Assembly: GCF_001194135.2 (NCBI RefSeq)
Contig: NC_068990.1
Span: 33,262,149-33,326,148 of the forward strand
Source: Octopus bimaculoides
Taxonomy: Eukaryota
Direction of reading: 5' to 3'
DNA: 64,000 nt
The notes beneath the pieces are model-generated. The model saw only the letters and a list, made by a program, of their open reading frames with translations, made no database searches and was not told the origin of the DNA. The first letter of the stretch is position 1. Each line of letters begins with the position of its first letter. The position numbers and the translations under genes were made by a program. This document shows, piece by piece, positions 62,885 through 64,000 of the stretch.

Positions 62885-62921
62885 TATCATCATTATTATT
62901 ATTATTTTTATTATTATTATT

Positions 62922-63137
62922 GGTGGTGAGCTGGAGGATCATTAGCGTGCTGGGTGAAATGCTTAGTAGTATTTCGCTTGTTGCTATGTTCTGAGTTCAA
63001 ATTCCACTGAGGTTGACTTTGCCTTTCTGCCTTTCAGGTTCAATAAATTAAGTACCAGAAAAAAACTGGGGGTCCATGTAATTGACTAGGCCCCTCCCAT
63101 CATATTTTAGGCCTTGTGGCTTTGAGTAGAAAGGTTC
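62922..63137 (+). mobile_element. SINE family C, second tandem copy, (ATT)n-flanked
   Basis: GGTGGTGAGCTGG...GAGTTCAAATTCC...GGTTGACTTTGCCTTTC...GGCCTTGTGG...AGAAAGG-(ATT)n. Confidence 0.88.
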
Positions 63138-64000
63138 ATTATTATTATTATTATTATCGTCATCATTATTATATCTTATAAATAAGAAATATCCAACCCT
63201 AGAAGTTGCTGACTCTGCAAGCCACTACACAAGCATCCTGTCTGAGAAAGCAAGTACCACTGAACTGAAATTACTGCTGGATAGAATGGTCTCCTTAATC
63301 CTTCTACAGCCAGTCATTTAAGCATGAGTTGCATAATGAAATGCTCAAAGTCTACGATATTACCTGTCCAATCCGTATTCTCATCGGAAAATTTATATAA
63401 AACTTTGATGATAAATAATGACTTACATTATTAAAGAGGATAGTGTATGAAATCTATAAACAGATGTGATAAACAGGATATAGCATATTAGTGTTCATCA
63501 CACGTATGGCTTCAGGATAATAATGTGTTTCACAAAGTATCAAATACTGTCATTATTATTATGATCTCAGGTAATGACTGCAACATTGAACATCTGCATC
63601 GTTACAAGATCCTACTCACTTTGGATGTATTTCATAATGAAAGGGATTTATTGACAGAGGCAGATCTTATCTTAAAGGTTAAAACTATCAAGAACGTTTA
63701 TGATTGGTGATCTACTAACACACCTTTATACTAGCTCTATTAATTCTGCATTTGCTACACTATGCATAAATAGAAAATAAAATAATGGAAACAGTTATAA
63801 GTGATACGGGTGGAATTATGTTTAATAAATAAAATACTAAATGACTAAAATATACTGACACTTTACAAGGAAACAAAAAATAGCAGTAACTATTACAACA
63901 ATATATGTCAATACATAATATTGTCTTTGTTGACAAGTATGGAGAGGCAATCTAGACTCATTTCTTCTTTCTTTGAAGATCCAGCAGCTAATGAAACCTG

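Noticed and set aside
63427-63453. 27-nt minus-strand micro-exon candidate with GTAAGT donor, and the neighbouring frame …SDENTDWTGNIVDFEHF…
   Set aside because: Opposite strand to the best exon, and expected by chance in 64 kb. The EF-hand resemblance is superficial.

Overview
This is AT-rich, repeat-saturated eukaryotic DNA. The tRNA-derived SINE families, Dong/R4 and RTE LINE debris and (TA)n-flanked gaps point to a cephalopod, probably Octopus (inference, no search run). It is not prokaryotic: no operons, CRISPR array, rRNA or intact tRNA gene, and no intact protein-coding ORF. Almost all of the supplied ORF track is microsatellite, N-gap or antisense-TE artefact. The window holds many copies of several SINE families (my labels A, B, B2, B3, C, D); decayed Dong/R4, RTE and CR1-like LINEs; a DD37D-like Tc1/mariner remnant; mariner-, hAT- and piggyBac-type MITEs; Helentron/Helitron-like elements; and Penelope-like (PLE) fragments. 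One short + strand exon (40021-40077) is well supported, so much of the window may be intronic to an unidentified gene; weaker phase-compatible exon candidates exist. The best lead is a set of PLE-type minimal hammerhead-ribozyme motifs with self-complementary helix III. The two clearest sit about 95-110 nt upstream of a (TA)n tract, and one has an atypical core. Other leads are a 115-bp inverted repeat built on a tRNA-Thr-like SINE and modular head/tail swapping among SINEs. Coordinates were read by eye; repeat boundaries are approximate (about 10-30 bp) unless a TSD or TIR is quoted.
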